A stretch of 62,675 nt of DNA from Tubiluchus corallicola (taxonomy: Eukaryota > Animalia > Priapulida), in assembly GCA_030141605.1 (NCBI GenBank), contig JAQGDQ010001101.1, positions 1 through 62,675 of the forward strand. The letters are read 5' to 3'. The notes beneath the pieces were generated by a model. It had not been told where the DNA came from and did no database searches. It saw only the letters and a program-made list of their open reading frames with translations. This document shows, piece after piece, positions 53,690-62,675 of the stretch (position 1 is its first letter; the number at the start of each line of letters is the position of its first letter). The position numbers were made by a program, and so were the translations under genes.

Positions 53690-53980
53690 CGTGTGGGTAA
53701 AGCAAAGCCCTCTGCCGCTTCAGCTCACTAACTTTTGACGTGGAGTTTACTTAATTGTATATTAGTCTGTGCGTACAGCCGTATACTAGCAGGATTTTGC
53801 TTGGGAACAAGAAAAAGTGTAGTAGGTAAGGTTCTAGCTAGCTGTTAAAACTGTTACTATGACAACAGCATGGGCTGCCAGGCGTTGTCAAGTGTACACA
53901 AACGCGTTGTCTGGTACATTTAACCTTTGACCTTTCCACGATCAACATCAATCGCTATGAAAAGGCTTATTGCTCAATCT
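53690..53980. repeat. Dispersed repeat, diverged copy of ~49478-49830
   Basis: Shared tgggtaaagcaaagccc, gcttgggaacaagaaaaa, cgttgtctgg and catcaatcgct. Confidence 0.7.
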
Positions 53981-54691
53981 GACCAACATGTTATACCTAA
54001 TAGGTGGCACAGAGTAACTTGATTGACATGATAAATTGAAATGTTCCGAATAACTAATTTAAAATAAAAGGAGCATTTATTGTTTAATGAATTTAAATGA
54101 TTAGTGTATTAATTAGTGCAGAAAAGTTAAAATTGAAGGTTGACTTGGTTTTACAACAACTCTTGTAAAATTGCTCACATCGTACGTACACTTTTGTTAG
54201 ACGAGTAAATGTGGAAGACAAAACCAGATACCAAATGTAGTATTTTAAAGAAAATTTGAGCAAGTTGCTTTAGTATACGGTCGTACAAAGTAAAATGTCC
54301 TTGTTAAATACTTTTTATTATCCGTTTATGTCAGCAAAAGAAAAACTAGTAAAAAAACTCATCGCTGCGAGATGATGTCGTTCACTTAGTTCCTATTTGT
54401 GGGGCGGGGCCCTCTGAAGGGTTAAATAAAAGTCCCAAGAGAGGGCGCTACATATGCATGGTATGGTGAAAGTCCATAAGCACATGAAAAGGTTACTCAT
54501 ATTAGTGATTTTTAAGTGAGACATGCAGAAGTGGTGCTGACAAGCCACTGGCGTAGCAGTGTCTAGTTTTTTTTGCTGGATTATTGTGTGTTTACCTGTC
54601 TGAAGACAGGTTTCTTTTATTTTAGAATTTTGCCTGCCCAGTGTCTACAATAGACGTGACGGGCGTATGATGATGATGATGATACTACTCA

Positions 54692-54848
54692 TACGGTACC
54701 TTTGACTGAATTTCTCAGATTAGTAAATCGAAAGTTTATGAAATTAATGGTGAAAAACTTCGCTTATAACCTCAAGCGAAGTTTTTCACCATTAATTTCA
54801 TAAACTTTCGATTTACTAATCTGAGAAATTCAATCAAAAGGTACCGTA
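54692..54848. repeat. Near-perfect hairpin (~74-bp arms, 8-nt loop); probable TA-flanked fold-back MITE
   Basis: ta|cggtacctttga...aacttcgctt-ataacctc-aagcgaagtt...tcaaaaggtaccg|ta; one mismatch and one 1-nt indel seen. Confidence 0.93.
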
Positions 54849-55201
54849 GACTAGTGTTATGTCACGTTACAAATGTAGATATAAAAATGTTGCCAGTCAG
54901 TCGCAAAAAAAATTTAGCACTTAACACAAGTTTGTGAGTCGTGGTTATCACTGGACAAATTGTAAAGTTACTAACTATGATTTTCGTCTCTAAAATTCCG
55001 GCAAAGTTATAATGAATAAAGATATTTGGCTTGAATATTGCCCTTAAAGCTAGAAGTGACGAAGAGGTGTTAATATATTTGAAGCATATTCCATTTTAGG
55101 AAACTTTTCATTCAAAGATGCTTGCGTCCTTTTAATGTAAGATTACTAACCGACATTAAAAGCAATGCTTTCTTCTTTATTATAATTATTATACATTGTA
55201 T

Positions 55202-55665
<464 letters not shown>

Positions 55666-56756
55666 TCTTTATTTTTCCATGAAATGTTGTCATTCTTCCA
55701 TGTATTCTAGGTATAGATTAGGCTGAAGTATTGTAACATGAGTGAGACCTAATATTAATAGGTGAAGAAATGGCTCTTTTTTAAAACATGACAGCATCGC
55801 AAAAACGTAACTTTGCTAACCGTGGAATTGCTCCTATATTAGAACAAACTGATTAGTAAACGTAATACAAGGTTGATTAACAGTATATTATATGTGAACT
55901 TTATTTTTTAAAGTGGATTGAGGTATTACGTAATTACGTAAACAAACAATGCAAAAATTAATCCAGAAATAATAGGTTCTAAAACTTAAAGGGGACCTTT
56001 ACCCCCAAGTTACCCTAATTCTGTTTATAAATTTCGCATAGATAAAATTTTCCCTTTTTTCTGAACTTGCCTATTAGTTCGGTCGGCGGCCAAGACGACC
56101 TTGAAATGCATTTCCAGTAATGGACTTTCTCTCTCAACGCTTAACTCTTTCCTTACGTCAAATTTCTCTTTAATACTTTCTGACGTTTGACCAGCTGTAG
56201 TTAAGTTCCGCACTCCCATGTGAGAAACATACTCTCACGTTACATAAAACGATTATGGCGCACTTATCAAATTGCAAATTAGCAAGAGAAAGAAGAAGAA
56301 GGAGGAGATGAAGAAGAAGAAGAAGAAGAAGGGACGATATGCTGTATACAATGGGAGCGGCTTTATCTAAAAAAATCCAATGGGTACTTTGAAACTAGGC
56401 TTAGAACCAATTTTTCTCCATTTTTGTTCTCATGTTTGAGCAACCCATAAACGCTCATTAATAATTGCTTCACTTACATTACCGGATTTTCGGTAAAATT
56501 ACAAGAGTTATATGCATAATGGATGATTAATAATCAAATCTTTATTCCCTATGAGAAGCCAAGTTAGACTGCTTGCATGGTTTAATTCCAGGTAGAGAAG
56601 ATGGAGTTTTACTAATATCAGAATATGATGCACGACTTGAGTCGATTTAGTACAATTTTTAGGCCCACACTGTACAATTTTCGAAAAATAACCTATTTTA
56701 ATTATTCGTCCCCTTTCTCTTACTTTCCCTTGTCCCCCCTTTCTCTTTATCTATCT

Positions 56757-62675
<5,919 letters not shown>

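Overview
AT-rich, repeat-dense invertebrate (metazoan) genomic DNA; no prokaryotic features and no CRISPR array. The only convincing host gene is a three-Ig-domain, probably GPI-anchored cell-surface protein of the DIP/lachesin/IgLON type. I reconstructed it by hand from splice sites. Eight exons lie on the minus strand (49259 down to 9835) and all join in phase 1. The Ig1 exon (53276-53483) lies on the PLUS strand, inside a ~4 kb spacer between two inverted repeat arms of at least 5.9 kb (46750-52703 and 56762-62675+). Each arm carries a copy of the Ig2a exon with identical translation. The Ig1 exon is therefore in frame with either copy, depending on how the spacer is oriented. This could be an invertible exon cassette, a fold-back duplication, or an assembly path through a polymorphic inversion. 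The signal-peptide and first Ig1 exons were not found in the window. The introns hold a 5S rRNA-derived SINE family (5 copies, one near full length with a TSD), a head-to-tail Helitron whose empty site is visible in the window, a minimal hammerhead ribozyme, several MITEs, LINE 3' remnants, and satellites derived from transposon ends. Nearly all ORFs in the supplied track are microsatellite or TE artefacts. Repeat coordinates are hand-counted and approximate.
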